64,000 nt of DNA, from assembly GCA_945902215.1 (NCBI GenBank), contig CAMDML010000007.1, positions 4,178-68,177 on the forward strand, read 5' to 3'. The notes under the pieces were generated by a model. The model searched no databases and had not been told where the DNA came from. It saw only the letters and a list, made by a program, of their open reading frames with translations. Positions 47,293-60,021 of the stretch are shown here, piece by piece; within the stretch, counting starts at the first letter, position 1, and every line of letters starts with the position of its first letter. The stretch is from Klebsiella pneumoniae (GTDB lineage Bacteria > Pseudomonadota > Gammaproteobacteria > Pseudomonadales > Pseudohongiellaceae). The position numbers and the translations under genes were made by a program.

Positions 47293-49361
47293 CAACGCTG
47301 GATCTCCTGATCGAAATTGGCACCGAAGAGCTGCCGCCAAAATCGCTATTAACACTATCAGAAGCGTTTGTTGACGCCATGTCTTCCCAGCTGCAAAAGG
47401 CCGGCTTGGAACATGCCGGTATTACTCCCTTCGCAACGCCGCGGCGCCTTGCAATGATCGTCAGCCAATTGCTCGTCCAGCAACCAGACAGCGCGCAGGA
47501 AAAGCTCGGGCCTGCGCTGCAGGCGGCGTTTGCAGCCGATGGCAAGCCTACAAAGGCGGCCGAAGGTTTCGCTCGCTCTTGCGGCGTTGAGGTTTCTGCT
47601 CTGGAACAGAAGCAGGACGGCAACGTTACCAAGCTGGTGTTCCGCTCGCTGCGCAAAGGCGCGGCTACCGCTGTGCTCATACCGGACATGGTGAAGGACG
47701 CGCTTGCCGCACTGCCGATTCCGAAGCGCATGCGCTGGGGCAGTTCCCGCGATGAGTTCGTACGCCCGGTGCATTGGGCTGTATTGTTATTTGGCAGCAG
47801 CGTTATTCGAGCTACGATACTTGGCGTTAATAGCGGTGCCGCAACGCGCGGCCACCGCTTCCATCATCCGGAACCGATCACGCTCACGTCACCTGCCGAC
47901 TATGATGGCGCACTTCTGCAGGGCAAGGTTGTCGCCAGCTTCGCCAAACGCCGCGCCGAAGTCCGCAAGCTCGTTGAACAAGAAGGCTTGGGGCTTGGAG
48001 CTCGCGCCATTATTGAAGACGCGCTGCTCGACGAAGTGACTGCCCTTGTTGAATGGCCCGTTGCGCTGACAGGCAACTTCGACAAAGCCTTTCTTGCTGT
48101 ACCAAAAGAAGCGCTGATCTCCTCGATGAAAGGCCACCAGAAATGTTTCCACCTGCTGGACGGCAGCGGCAACATCCTTCCGAATTTCATCACGCTGAGC
48201 AATCTTGTCAGCCGCGATCCCGCGCAAGTCATCGCAGGGAATGAAAGAGTAATTCGCCCGCGCTTGGCGGATGCTGCGTTTTTCTTCAATCAGGACAAAC
48301 GTCAGCCGCTGGCTGCTCGCCGTGAAAAGCTCAAGACTGTGATCTTCCAGCAGGAGTTGGGCACGCTGGCAGACAAATCTCAGCGGGTGGCCATGCTTGC
48401 AGAACAGATCGCTACGCAACTTGGTGCTGATCGTGCGCTCGCGCAACGCGCCGCAGAGCTTGGCAAATGTGACCTGCTGACCAGCATGGTGTACGAGTTC
48501 GCCGAACTGCAAGGCATCATGGGTTTGCATTATGCCAAGCACGATGGCGAGAATCCCGAGGTTGCGCAAGCCCTGTCTGAACAGTACTTGCCGCGCTTTG
48601 CCGGTGATGATCTGCCTGCGACCAAAACCGGCATGGTGCTGGCTCTGGCCGAGCGGCTCGATACGATCACCGGTCTCTTCGGCATCGGCCAGCCGCCGAC
48701 TGGATCGAAGGACCCCTTCGCGTTGCGCCGCGCCGCACTCGGCATCTTGCGTATCGTGATTGAAAAACAGTTGCCGCTGGATCTCGCAGCCTGCATCGGT
48801 GCGGCCGCTGGTAATTTTGCCAAACTGCCAAAAGCTGAGGGGCTCATTGTTGCCGTGCGGGATTTTATCTTCGACCGGCTGCGCGCGCTGTATATCGATC
48901 AAGGTATCGCCAGCGATGTATTCCTGTCCGTGGACGCCGTCCGGCCGGCCAGCCCGCTGGAGTTCGATGCGCGCATCAAAGCGGTAAGTCATTTCGTGAC
49001 GCTGCCGCAAGCCCAGGCTCTCGCTGCTGCCAACAAGCGCGTTTCCAACATACTGCAGAAATCGTCCATCCCTGCGGGTACTGAGATAGTTTCTGCTCGG
49101 CTGACCGATGCTGCCGAACGTGCGCTTGCAGAGCGCCTGGAAGCAGTGCAGAAGCGCGTGGAGCCCCTGCTGAAACAGAGCGACTTCACACCTGCATTGG
49201 CCGCGATGGCCGAGCTACAGCCGGTGGTAGATGCCTTCTTTGATCAAGTCATGGTCAACGTGGACGATCCCGCCATTCGCGACAATCGCCTCGCGCTGTT
49301 ACAGCAGTTGCGCACGCTGTTCCTGCGCGTGGCCGATATTTCTCTCTTGCAGAATGTCTGA
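47289..49361 (+). CDS. glyS: Glycine-tRNA ligase beta subunit
   Basis: [19 protein letters not shown]-terminus, 690 aa. ATGA overlap with the glyQ stop. Confidence 0.96.
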   Translation: MTTLDLLIEIGTEELPPKSLLTLSEAFVDAMSSQLQKAGLEHAGITPFATPRRLAMIVSQLLVQQPDSAQEKLGPALQAAFAADGKPTKAAEGFARSCGVEVSALEQKQDGNVTKLVFRSLRKGAATAVLIPDMVKDALAALPIPKRMRWGSSRDEFVRPVHWAVLLFGSSVIRATILGVNSGAATRGHRFHHPEPITLTSPADYDGALLQGKVVASFAKRRAEVRKLVEQEGLGLGARAIIEDALLDEVTALVEWPVALTGNFDKAFLAVPKEALISSMKGHQKCFHLLDGSGNILPNFITLSNLVSRDPAQVIAGNERVIRPRLADAAFFFNQDKRQPLAARREKLKTVIFQQELGTLADKSQRVAMLAEQIATQLGADRALAQRAAELGKCDLLTSMVYEFAELQGIMGLHYAKHDGENPEVAQALSEQYLPRFAGDDLPATKTGMVLALAERLDTITGLFGIGQPPTGSKDPFALRRAALGILRIVIEKQLPLDLAACIGAAAGNFAKLPKAEGLIVAVRDFIFDRLRALYIDQGIASDVFLSVDAVRPASPLEFDARIKAVSHFVTLPQAQALAAANKRVSNILQKSSIPAGTEIVSARLTDAAERALAERLEAVQKRVEPLLKQSDFTPALAAMAELQPVVDAFFDQVMVNVDDPAIRDNRLALLQQLRTLFLRVADISLLQNV

Positions 49362-49929
49362 GCCAAATCACCCCATGCTGGTGATTCTGGACCGCGACGG
49401 GGTCATCAACGCGGATTCCGATGACTACATCAAAACTCTGGATGAGTGGGTTCCGCTTCCCGGCAGCATCTCCGCGATAGCGCGCCTGTCACGTGCCGGT
49501 TACAAGATCGGAGTCGCTACCAACCAGTCAGGACTTGCGCGCGGTTATTTCGATGAAATCACGCTCGCCAATATGCACACCCTGCTGTGTGCACTGGTGG
49601 AAGAAGAGGGTGGGCAGGTCGATGCGATCTGCTATTGCCCTCATGGTCCAAATGATGGCTGTCGCTGTCGTAAACCGGCGCCGGGTTTGCTCGAGCAAAT
49701 CAGCGAAGAGCTGCAGTTGCCGCTTGCTGGGGCCTGGTATGTCGGGGATTCCGGCAAGGACGTGGAACTTGGTCTCAAAATGCTGTGCCGGACGGTGCTG
49801 GTACGCACAGGCAAAGGCCGCCAAACCGAAGCAAAACTGGATGCCATGACCCGGCAGGCTGTCGCTGTCGTTGACGATCTGGCCGCCGCCGCCGATTTGA
49901 TTCTCCGCACTGCTGATGCGAAAGCCTGA
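49354..49929 (+). CDS. gmhB: D-glycero-beta-D-manno-heptose-1,7-bisphosphate 7-phosphatase
   Basis: HAD motif I LDRDGVIN and the Zn-binding CYCPHGPNDGCRCRKP motif. Start trimmed to MSEPNHP; overlaps the glyS end. Confidence 0.9.
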   Translation: MSEPNHPMLVILDRDGVINADSDDYIKTLDEWVPLPGSISAIARLSRAGYKIGVATNQSGLARGYFDEITLANMHTLLCALVEEEGGQVDAICYCPHGPNDGCRCRKPAPGLLEQISEELQLPLAGAWYVGDSGKDVELGLKMLCRTVLVRTGKGRQTEAKLDAMTRQAVAVVDDLAAAADLILRTADAKA

Positions 49930-49932
49930 AAG

Positions 49933-50637
49933 ATGCTGATCACACTGCGCTCAACGCTTTTCTATCTTGGTTACCTGGCCACCCTGGTGGTGCATTCGAC
50001 TTTCTGTGTGCTGGTGGGCTGGGCGCTGCCAATCAACGTCCGCTTCCGCTATGTCACGCTATGGAATCAGTTTGCAATATGGTGGCTGAAAATCACCTGT
50101 GGCGTTCATTTCCGTGTTTCGGGTCAGGAACACGTGCCCAGCGGGGCCTTTGTGTTGCTGAGTAATCACCAAAGTCCGTGGGAGACAATTTTTCTATACC
50201 GCCACTTCCAGCCCCTCACTGCAATTCTGAAACGCGAATTGCTGTGGCTGCCTTTTTTCGGTTGGGCTTTGCGCTTGCTATACCCAATCGCAATCGATCG
50301 CAGCAAGGGTTTGAGCGCGCGTCAGAATATTCTGACCGAAGGCCCGAAACGCTTGAAGATGGGTTTGTCGGTGCTGGTGTTTCCGGAAGGAACCCGCACA
50401 GAGGTGGGACAGGAAAGGAAATATCTGACCGGTGGCGCCGATCTCGCAATCAAGGCGGGCGCGCTGATTTTGCCGGTGGCGCATAATGCCGGCCGGTTCT
50501 GGCCAGCGCGCAAATTCTGCAAACAGCCTGGAATAATCGATGTTGTAATCGGCAAGGCGATTGATGCTAACGGGCGCGAGGCCCGCGAACTGACCGCGGA
50601 GGTGCAGACCTGGATCAGCCAGGCACTGCCGCAGTAA
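49933..50637 (+). CDS. plsC: 1-acyl-sn-glycerol-3-phosphate acyltransferase
   Basis: NHQSPWE (HX4D/E-type) and FPEGTR motifs. Confidence 0.9.
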   Translation: MLITLRSTLFYLGYLATLVVHSTFCVLVGWALPINVRFRYVTLWNQFAIWWLKITCGVHFRVSGQEHVPSGAFVLLSNHQSPWETIFLYRHFQPLTAILKRELLWLPFFGWALRLLYPIAIDRSKGLSARQNILTEGPKRLKMGLSVLVFPEGTRTEVGQERKYLTGGADLAIKAGALILPVAHNAGRFWPARKFCKQPGIIDVVIGKAIDANGREARELTAEVQTWISQALPQ

Positions 50638-50640
50638 GGA

Positions 50641-53064
<2,424 letters not shown>

Positions 53065-53103
53065 TTAATCTGATCAGCCTCAAGGCCGCGCCTTTATAAG
53101 CCT

Positions 53104-53121
53104 TTGATTTTATTGATTTTT
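53104..53121. repeat. 9-bp tandem duplication in the recF-gyrB gap
   Basis: ttgatttta / ttgattttt. Confidence 0.7.
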
Positions 53122-53142
53122 GTTCGGTGCGGGGCGCGCCAT

Positions 53143-54243
53143 TTACACGGCATCGATTTTACCATGTTTCACGTGAAACAGCTTGTTTTCCATGCCCCCT
53201 CCAGCAGGGCCTGCTGTCAGCTCGCGAGCCAGGGTTTCCGGGTCTATGCTGGTCAAGAAGACTTGTGCTTTGCGCTCCGTCAGCAGGGCACAAATCTGGG
53301 CCCTGTTGTGGCTGTCCAGCTCCGCCGGCAGGTCGTCAATCAGGTAGAGGCAGCGTTTGCCCGTCTCCTGCTCCAGTAATTGCCCCTGGGCGATCTTGAG
53401 AGCACAGACGAGCAATTTGAGCTGTCCCCGGGACAGAATCTCTGCCGCATCTGCCGCGCCCAGCCGAAACCGGATATCGGCACGGTGTGGACCAGAGCAG
53501 GTATGTCCGTATTTACGGTCCCTTGGCTGGTCCTCCTGAAACTGCTCATACAAGCCCTGCTCCCGACTCCAGCCGCGGAAATAGTCCATCTCAAGCCGCA
53601 GGCCGCTTTCCCAAGCGCCCAGCATGGCTAGTTGAGGCACCAGTAGGGCTTTAAGTTTTTCGATGTAGTGCTGGCGCTGCTCATCCATCTGCTCGGCACT
53701 TCTGACGAGCTCCAGCGTCCAGGGCTCGATTTCTGCGGCCTTGGCCTCCTGTCGTAACAAGCTGTTTCGGTTTTGAAGTGCGAGACGGGTTCGGCGCCAG
53801 CTATCCAGGAACTGATGTTCCACGTGAAACACTCCCCAGTCGAGGAAGCGCCGGCGCTCAATCGGGCTGCCTTCCAGAATTTGAAAAGTATCAGAATTGA
53901 TCAGTTGCAGCGGCAAGCTTTGGGACAGCTCAGCCAAGCCTTCAGCCTTGCGCCCCGAAATACGCAGGGACTGGGGACCCCTCAAAGGCCGGAGGACGCC
54001 TAGAGTCAGGCCCTCGGTAGTTTGGCCAAACACTGTGGCTTCTGTCTGACCATCTTTAACGAGGGACTTTTGCAGATGGCCGCGGAAAGAGCGGCCAACG
54101 GCTAAAAGGTGGAGGGCTTCCAGAACAGAGGTTTTGCCGCTGCCATTATCACCAAAGAAGAGGTTGAACCCCGGGGCGGGGTTCAGTTCGGCCGCCTGAA
54201 TATTCCGAAGACTTGTGAGTTCCAGTCGGGCGAGGGCAGGCAT
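53143..54243 (-). CDS. recF: DNA replication and repair protein RecF
   Basis: Walker A GDNGSGKTSVLEA, signature SRGQLKLL, Walker B LYLIDDLPAELD. Confidence 0.96.
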   Translation of the reverse strand: MPALARLELTSLRNIQAAELNPAPGFNLFFGDNGSGKTSVLEALHLLAVGRSFRGHLQKSLVKDGQTEATVFGQTTEGLTLGVLRPLRGPQSLRISGRKAEGLAELSQSLPLQLINSDTFQILEGSPIERRRFLDWGVFHVEHQFLDSWRRTRLALQNRNSLLRQEAKAAEIEPWTLELVRSAEQMDEQRQHYIEKLKALLVPQLAMLGAWESGLRLEMDYFRGWSREQGLYEQFQEDQPRDRKYGHTCSGPHRADIRFRLGAADAAEILSRGQLKLLVCALKIAQGQLLEQETGKRCLYLIDDLPAELDSHNRAQICALLTERKAQVFLTSIDPETLARELTAGPAGGGMENKLFHVKHGKIDAV

Positions 54244-54263
54244 TCCGGGGCGGGCTTGGAGGC

Positions 54264-55367
54264 TTATAGCCTCATTGGCATGACGACATACAGTGACGGG
54301 CTGTTTTCAGTTGCCTGGATCAGCACACTGCTGTTGGAGTCGGCCAGAATCAACTGCACAGAGTCCGTAGTCAACACACCTAACACATCCACGAGATAGC
54401 TGACGTTAAAGCCGATCTCAAGGCTAGGGCCTTTGTATTCGACACTGATGATCTCTTCCGCTTCCTCCTGCTCGGGGTTGTTGGCCACGATCTTCAGTTC
54501 ATCGCTGGCAAGCATCAGCCTGATACCCCGGAACTTTTCGTTGGAGAGTATCGCGGTGCGGTTCAGTGCCTGGCGCAAGTCGTTGCGGACCGCCGTGAGC
54601 ACTTTGTCGCCACCTTTGGGCAGCACGCGGTCGTAATCCGGGAACTTGCCGTCGACCAACTTCGAGGTAAATGTGAAATCCTTGGTGCGGGCCCGGATAT
54701 GGTTCGTGCCAATAACCAGGTTTACAGATTCATCGCCATCGGACAAAAGCCGCGAAAGCTCCAAAATGCCTTTGCGGGGCACAATCACCTGGATCTTGCC
54801 GGCGCCCGATATTTTCATTTTCTCGGTGTGCATTGCGAGGCGGTGTCCATCCGTTGCTACAACCCGGAGGTAGTCGGCACTAACTTCAAACAGGAGGCCG
54901 TTGAGATAATAGCGAACATCCTGTTGTGCCATGGCAAAGCTGGTGCTGTCGAGCATGGCTTTCAGTCTGGACTGGGGAATGGAAAACTCCAAAGTCCCAG
55001 CTGCTTCTTCAACGCTTGGGAAATCCGAAGCCGGTAACGTTGACAGCGAGAAGCGGCTGCGCCCGAAACGAATAACGGCCTTGGAATCATCCACATCAAC
55101 TTTCAGGGTTGCGTCGTCAGGCAGTGATTTGCAGATATCCATCAGTTTGCGAGCGGGCACGGTGATTTCACCATCGCGTGCGTTTGCTGCGACATTCACG
55201 CGGCCTACCAGCTCCACTTCCAGATCGGTGCCGGTCAGGGAGAGCTGGCCCTTTTCCAGAACAAGCAGAACATTGGACAGCACCGGCAACGTTTGCCGCC
55301 GCTCTACAACGCCGGTTACCAGTTGCAGTGGTTTGATCAAGGCTTCACGTGAAATTTCAAAATGCAT
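54264..55367 (-). CDS. dnaN: DNA polymerase III beta sliding clamp
   Basis: 367 aa. MHFEISREALIKPLQLVTGVVERRQTLPVLSNVLL, C-terminal ...YVVMPMRL. Confidence 0.97.
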   Translation of the reverse strand: MHFEISREALIKPLQLVTGVVERRQTLPVLSNVLLVLEKGQLSLTGTDLEVELVGRVNVAANARDGEITVPARKLMDICKSLPDDATLKVDVDDSKAVIRFGRSRFSLSTLPASDFPSVEEAAGTLEFSIPQSRLKAMLDSTSFAMAQQDVRYYLNGLLFEVSADYLRVVATDGHRLAMHTEKMKISGAGKIQVIVPRKGILELSRLLSDGDESVNLVIGTNHIRARTKDFTFTSKLVDGKFPDYDRVLPKGGDKVLTAVRNDLRQALNRTAILSNEKFRGIRLMLASDELKIVANNPEQEEAEEIISVEYKGPSLEIGFNVSYLVDVLGVLTTDSVQLILADSNSSVLIQATENSPSLYVVMPMRL

Positions 55368-55369
55368 GG

Positions 55370-55389
55370 TTTATCTCTATTTATCTCTG
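55370..55389. repeat. 10-bp tandem duplication immediately upstream of the dnaN start codon
   Basis: Plus strand tttatctcta / tttatctctg. Minus strand CAGAGATAAA TAGAGATAAA CC ATG. Confidence 0.8.
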
Positions 55390-55406
55390 CTTGGTCTCGG
55401 GTCGGA

Positions 55407-56927
55407 TCAGCTGGACAGGGAGCGCAACAGGTTCTGGTAATCCTCGCTGATATCCGAGGATGTCTTGCGCAATTCGCTGATGGTGCGACAGGCATGCAAC
55501 ACTGTCGTGTGGTCGCGCCCACCGTACATGGTGCCGATTTCGGGAAGGCTGTGATTGGTCAGCTCTTTGGACAGACACATGGCCACTTGTCGGGGTCTTG
55601 CAACCGAGCGGCTGCGACGCTTGGATATCATATCAGCCATTTTTATCTTGTAGTACTCGGCAACGGTGCGCTGGATGTTATCGACGCTGACAAGCTTGCT
55701 TTGGATCGCGAGCAGGTCTTTTAGCGCATCCTTGATAAGCGCTACCGTGATATCCGAGCCAAGAAATCTCGAATGTGCGATCACTTTCTTTAGGGCGCCT
55801 TCCAGCTCACGCACGTTTGATCGCAGTTTTTGCGCCATGAACATGGCTTCATCGTTCGCCAGGTACACATTCTCGTGATTCGCCTTGTTGATTAAGATCG
55901 CCGCGCGGGTTTCCAGCTCCGGCGGCTCTACCGCCACTGACAGGCCCCAGCCAAAGCGGGACTTCAGCCGCTCTTCAAGTCCATTGATCTCGCTATGGTA
56001 CTTGTCGCAGGTCATGATGATCTGGCGACCGCCTTCGAAAATGGCGTTGAACGTGTGGAAAAACTCTTCCTGCGAACGCTCCTTGTTCGCAAAAAACTGG
56101 ATATCATCAATCAGCAGCGCATCCACCGAGTGGTAGTACCGTTTGAATTCATTAATGGCGTTGAGCTGCAGCGCTGACACCATGCTCCCAACAAACGTCT
56201 GCGAATGAAGGTATACAACATTCGCCGCCGGATTCTTCTCCCGCAAATGGTTGCCGATAGCATGCATCAGATGCGTTTTACCCAAGCCTACGCCGCCATA
56301 TATAAATAGTGGGTTATAAGCTCCGCCCGGATTACTGGCGACTTGCGCGGCTGCAGCACGGGCCAGCTGATTTGATTTGCCCTGAATGAAATTCGCAAAA
56401 GTGTAATTGCGGTTAAGCTCGCCCTTGAAGTTAAGCTTGCGCGGGCTGATGACTGACACCCCCGGCGCGGCTGCGGGCCGTTGTGTCGACAAAGAATTAT
56501 GCTTGGAATTATATTCACCGGGCCTGCGTGCAATAGGCGCATTGCCGCCAGGCTCGGGCTGGCTCTCCATAAGCGATGCCGCATTGAGTTCGGTAATGCC
56601 CACCGCCTGATCGTTCAGTTCATTTGCTTGCTGCCGATCCGGACTTGCGATTTGCAGCACCAGTTTCGGAGGGGAGCCCATCGTCAATTCGTTGAGCAGC
56701 TCAAGGATGCGGGGCAAAAAATGCTCGCGTACCCAGTCCAGCACAAAGCGATTTGGCGTAAGCAAGTGAAGGGTATCGGTACTTCCTGCATCGGTACCTC
56801 CTGCATCCGTACTTGCTGCAAGGGTGCTTCCTGCGACCCTGATGGGCCTGATCCATGTGTTGAATTGCTGGGACGGCAGTTCATCTTTCAGGCAGTGGAC
56901 ACACTTCTGCCAGGTGGTAACAATCAC
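55407..56927 (-). CDS. dnaA: Chromosomal replication initiator DnaA
   Basis: Domain [27 protein letters not shown]+ Walker [12 protein letters not shown]-terminal DnaA signature. GTG start. Long domain II, plus a repeat insertion in domain I. Confidence 0.97.
   Translation of the reverse strand: MIVTTWQKCVHCLKDELPSQQFNTWIRPIRVAGSTLAASTDAGGTDAGSTDTLHLLTPNRFVLDWVREHFLPRILELLNELTMGSPPKLVLQIASPDRQQANELNDQAVGITELNAASLMESQPEPGGNAPIARRPGEYNSKHNSLSTQRPAAAPGVSVISPRKLNFKGELNRNYTFANFIQGKSNQLARAAAAQVASNPGGAYNPLFIYGGVGLGKTHLMHAIGNHLREKNPAANVVYLHSQTFVGSMVSALQLNAINEFKRYYHSVDALLIDDIQFFANKERSQEEFFHTFNAIFEGGRQIIMTCDKYHSEINGLEERLKSRFGWGLSVAVEPPELETRAAILINKANHENVYLANDEAMFMAQKLRSNVRELEGALKKVIAHSRFLGSDITVALIKDALKDLLAIQSKLVSVDNIQRTVAEYYKIKMADMISKRRSRSVARPRQVAMCLSKELTNHSLPEIGTMYGGRDHTTVLHACRTISELRKTSSDISEDYQNLLRSLSS
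56775..56834. repeat. 15-bp in-frame tandem repeat (4 units) inside dnaA domain I
   Basis: Plus strand atcggtacttcctgc / atcggtacctcctgc / atccgtacttgctgc / aagggtgcttcctgc. Encodes [20 protein letters not shown]. Confidence 0.9.
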
Positions 56928-56999
56928 GGCGGTCTAGGCTCCTTGTTATTATTTTGATGTCGGTTGAACGGGGGAAAATTCTACCCAGCAAGGGCGGAG

Positions 57000-57157
57000 T
57001 TATCCACATAAAACACAAAAAAAGCCGCTCCGTGGACGCCCGCTTTTCATCTTTTATTTCATGTAGTTGCGCGACTCTAGCTGATATTACCCGAGTAAAA
57101 ATTATGCCGCAGAGGGCATCACTAGGGCGCCCTCGCCTGTGTGTTAGCTGTGGATAA
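57000..57157. promoter_or_regulatory. Two perfect DnaA boxes in the dnaA-rpmH divergent region
   Basis: TTATCCACA at 57000-57008 and TGTGGATAA at 57149-57157. Likely dnaA autoregulation. Candidate rpmH promoter: TTGCGC-N17-TAGAAT at about 57240-57268. Confidence 0.75.
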
Positions 57158-57361
57158 GTTGTGAGGTGGCCGGTATTGTTTGAGCGGGCTCCTGAAGGGT
57201 TGGTGATCCCTGCTTGCAGGCTGGCACGACAGCCCCGCAATTGCGCGGCACGGGTAAAGTCTATAGAATCCGCGCCTCTTTTTGCGGTCGGTCCAAACAT
57301 GCGCTCGACGCGCACTATGGGGCCACCAACCGGCAGAAAACACCGCAATACAGCGCTTTCT

Positions 57362-57385
57362 AAACGGGTTTTTAAACAGGTTTTT
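57362..57385. repeat. 12-bp tandem repeat (2 units plus a partial third) in the rpmH leader
   Basis: aaacgggttttt / aaacaggttttt / aaccagg..., ending 8 nt before the rpmH ATG. Confidence 0.8.
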
Positions 57386-57402
57386 AACCAGGTAGTTGTG
57401 AC

Positions 57403-57537
57403 ATGAAACGTACATTCCAACCAAGCAGAATCAAACGCGCGCGTACCCACGGCTTCCGTGCCCGCATGGCCACCAAAAAAGGCCGTCAGGTTCTGGCCCG
57501 CAGACGCGCCAAAGGCCGCGTTAGACTGACGGCCTGA
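57403..57537 (+). CDS. rpmH: 50S ribosomal protein L34
   Basis: Own translation: [44 protein letters not shown], 44 aa. Too short for the ORF track. Confidence 0.97.
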   Translation: MKRTFQPSRIKRARTHGFRARMATKKGRQVLARRRAKGRVRLTA

Positions 57538-57620
57538 GCACGCAAGAATCAGGAGCGCGGCGCCAGGGTCTGGCCAGCGTTATCGGCCGCGATATCCGGC
57601 TCGCAACAGGAATCCCGTGC

Positions 57621-57992
57621 GTGAACAGCAGGCTGACCAAACGCCAACGGTTGTTACGTTCCCGGGATTTTAGTCAGGTTTTTGGCCAGCCGGCTTTCCG
57701 GTTTTCCACACCACAATTGTTGATGCTTGCGCAGCCCAATGAGCTGGGCGTTGCACGCCTCGGCTTGGTTATTTCCCGCAAAAATGTTGGGTGCGCGGTT
57801 GCTCGCAATCGCATCAAGCGCCTGAGCCGTGAAGCGTTCCGCGTACGCGCAGGCGACTTTGCTACAATTGACATTATCGTCCTCGCCCGCAGCGGCATCG
57901 ACAAACTCGATAATCCCGCCGTCACCGCAATGCTCAACAGCCTGTTCGACAAGCTCTGTCTGAAAGGCGCGGAATTGACGCGCACACCTTGA
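57621..57992 (+). CDS. rnpA: Ribonuclease P protein component
   Basis: RLGLVISRKNVGCAVARNRIKRLSREAFR (RNR motif). Directly follows rpmH. GTG start. Confidence 0.92.
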   Translation: MNSRLTKRQRLLRSRDFSQVFGQPAFRFSTPQLLMLAQPNELGVARLGLVISRKNVGCAVARNRIKRLSREAFRVRAGDFATIDIIVLARSGIDKLDNPAVTAMLNSLFDKLCLKGAELTRTP

Positions 57993-58054
57993 TGCAAAAC
58001 GAGACTGTTACAATCAGCGGCTATCATCGCCCACACATCGTGCCAGACGCCCAC

Positions 58055-58333
58055 ATGCCCAGCTCCTCACGCATCAATCTTGCTTGCAGTTTCATCCAGC
58101 GCGCGTTGTCATTGTGTATTCGCACATATCAGGCACTGCTCAGCCCCGCGTTTGGCGCGCAATGTCGTTTTTATCCCACATGCTCTCAATACGCGCTGGA
58201 CGCCATCGCGCGGCATGGCGCCGGCAAAGGCTTGCTGCTCGCCGCTTGCAGGATCGCGCGCTGCAACCCGCTCTGCGAAGGCGGCCATGATCCCGCTCCC
58301 GAACATTTCTCACTTCTGAAGTTGAAATCCTGA
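58055..58333 (+). CDS. yidD: Membrane protein insertion efficiency factor YidD
   Basis: YQALLSP...CRFYPTCSQYALDAIARHG...RIARCNP motif. Start trimmed to MPSSSR. Confidence 0.88.
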   Translation: MPSSSRINLACSFIQRALSLCIRTYQALLSPAFGAQCRFYPTCSQYALDAIARHGAGKGLLLAACRIARCNPLCEGGHDPAPEHFSLLKLKS

Positions 58334-60012
58334 TGGACATTAAACGCAATCTGCTCATTCTCGCATTGGCAGTCGTCAGCTATCTGATGTTGCTTGCATG
58401 GAACGGGGACTACAAAACCCCGGTGCAATCCAGCGCCGCCGCCTCTCTTGAGCAGCCGCAGACACAAGCAGCGCCTGTAACTGCAGCCGGGGCCACAGCT
58501 GCGGAGGATGTCCCACAAATTCAGGGCCAGGCCGCGCCGCTAGCCACAACCACTGCACCAGCCGCAAGTCTGATCACCGTGACCACCCCCATGCAAATCG
58601 TGACAATAGATCTGGTCGGCGGAGATATTGTCAGCATAAGCCTCCCGCGCTTTCCGACAAGTATCGACAGCCCTAATGATCCCTTCCCGCTGATGTATAA
58701 CGATACCCGGGGTGTCTATGTAGCTCAGAGCGGGCTGATCGGCCGCAACGGTCCAGATGCGCTCAGTTCCGGCAGGCCTCGCTACCAATCCACACAAACC
58801 AGTTACACGCTGGAAGAGGGTTCGCTCACGGTCGAGCTAGTGACATCCACCGCTGCCAATGTGCGCATTGCCAAACGCTTTGTGTTTAGCGCAGACGATT
58901 ACCTGATCGGCGTGCAACACAACATCACCAACAATAGCGGTTCCGAACAAGTCATGAATCTCTTTGCGCAGGTCAAGCGCGATGGGCGGGATGACCCGAG
59001 CAGCGCTACCGGGGTTGGCATTAACACTTTCCTTGGCGCGGTAACGACGACACCCGATGATCCGTACTACAAGTTGAAACTGGACGATCTGGACGATGGC
59101 GACGAGGCCTTCGACCAAGAAGGCGGCTGGATTGGTTTTTCGCAACATTATTTTCTGGGTGGCTGGATTGCTCCGGCGGCAACGCTCAACCACTTCACCA
59201 CGCGGCGCAACAGCAATGGCGAATACCTGCTGGGCTTCGTCGGCCCAGACACTGTCGTGTCTGCGGGCCAGCAAGTACAGATTGATTCGGCGCTGTGGGC
59301 TGGGCCCAAGGATCAATACCGCCTAGAGGTCATTTCGCCAAACCTGGGTCTGACCATCGATTACGGCATGCTCTGGTTTGTTGGTTATCCGATTTTCTGG
59401 CTGCTGAGCCAGATTTATGGTCTGGTCGGCAATTACGGTCTGGCCATTATTCTGCTGACCTGTGTGATCCGCTTATTGTTCTTTCCCTTATCCGCGAAAC
59501 AGTTCAAGTCCCAGCTGGCGATGAAGCGCTTACAACCGAAGATCGCCCAGCTAAAAGAACGCCACGGAGAAGACAAACAGAAGTTCGTGCAGGCCCAAAT
59601 GGAGTTGTGGAAAAAAGAGGGTGTGAATCCCTTCAGCGGATGTCTCCCTGTGTTGCTGCAGATGCCAGTGTTTCTCGGGATTTACTGGGTGTTGAACGAA
59701 AGCGTCGAATTGCGCCAGGCTCCCTTCATCCTCTGGTACAAGGATCTGTCGATGATGGATTCCTATTTTGTGCTGCCCTTATTACTGGGCGGCGCCTATT
59801 ACCTGCAACAACACATGACGCCGATGATGACCACGGATCCCATGCAGGAAAAGGTGATGAAGTTCATGCCGGTCATGTTCTGTGCCTTCTTCCTCTTTTT
59901 CCCCGCTGGTCTAGTCCTGTATTACCTGGCCAATGCGCTCCTGAGCATTTCCCAGCAATCGTATTTCAACTACAACGCCAGCAAGGACGTCGTTGCTGCC
60001 AACGACTCCTGA
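58333..60012 (+). CDS. yidC: Membrane protein insertase YidC
   Basis: 559 aa, N-terminal TM, large periplasmic domain, conserved C-terminal five-TM core (...NYGLAIILLTCVIRLLFFPL...GCLPVLLQMPVF). Confidence 0.96.
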   Translation: MDIKRNLLILALAVVSYLMLLAWNGDYKTPVQSSAAASLEQPQTQAAPVTAAGATAAEDVPQIQGQAAPLATTTAPAASLITVTTPMQIVTIDLVGGDIVSISLPRFPTSIDSPNDPFPLMYNDTRGVYVAQSGLIGRNGPDALSSGRPRYQSTQTSYTLEEGSLTVELVTSTAANVRIAKRFVFSADDYLIGVQHNITNNSGSEQVMNLFAQVKRDGRDDPSSATGVGINTFLGAVTTTPDDPYYKLKLDDLDDGDEAFDQEGGWIGFSQHYFLGGWIAPAATLNHFTTRRNSNGEYLLGFVGPDTVVSAGQQVQIDSALWAGPKDQYRLEVISPNLGLTIDYGMLWFVGYPIFWLLSQIYGLVGNYGLAIILLTCVIRLLFFPLSAKQFKSQLAMKRLQPKIAQLKERHGEDKQKFVQAQMELWKKEGVNPFSGCLPVLLQMPVFLGIYWVLNESVELRQAPFILWYKDLSMMDSYFVLPLLLGGAYYLQQHMTPMMTTDPMQEKVMKFMPVMFCAFFLFFPAGLVLYYLANALLSISQQSYFNYNASKDVVAANDS

Positions 60013-60021
60013 CGCCACCCC

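Noticed and set aside
56928-57402. The dnaA-rpmH intergenic region as the replication origin (Pseudomonas-type location).
   Set aside because: It has only two strong DnaA boxes and no extended AT-rich tract. The mnmE-mnmG gap has more boxes plus a 56-bp A/T block. It is kept as a dnaA autoregulatory region, though only GC skew or marker frequency can settle this.
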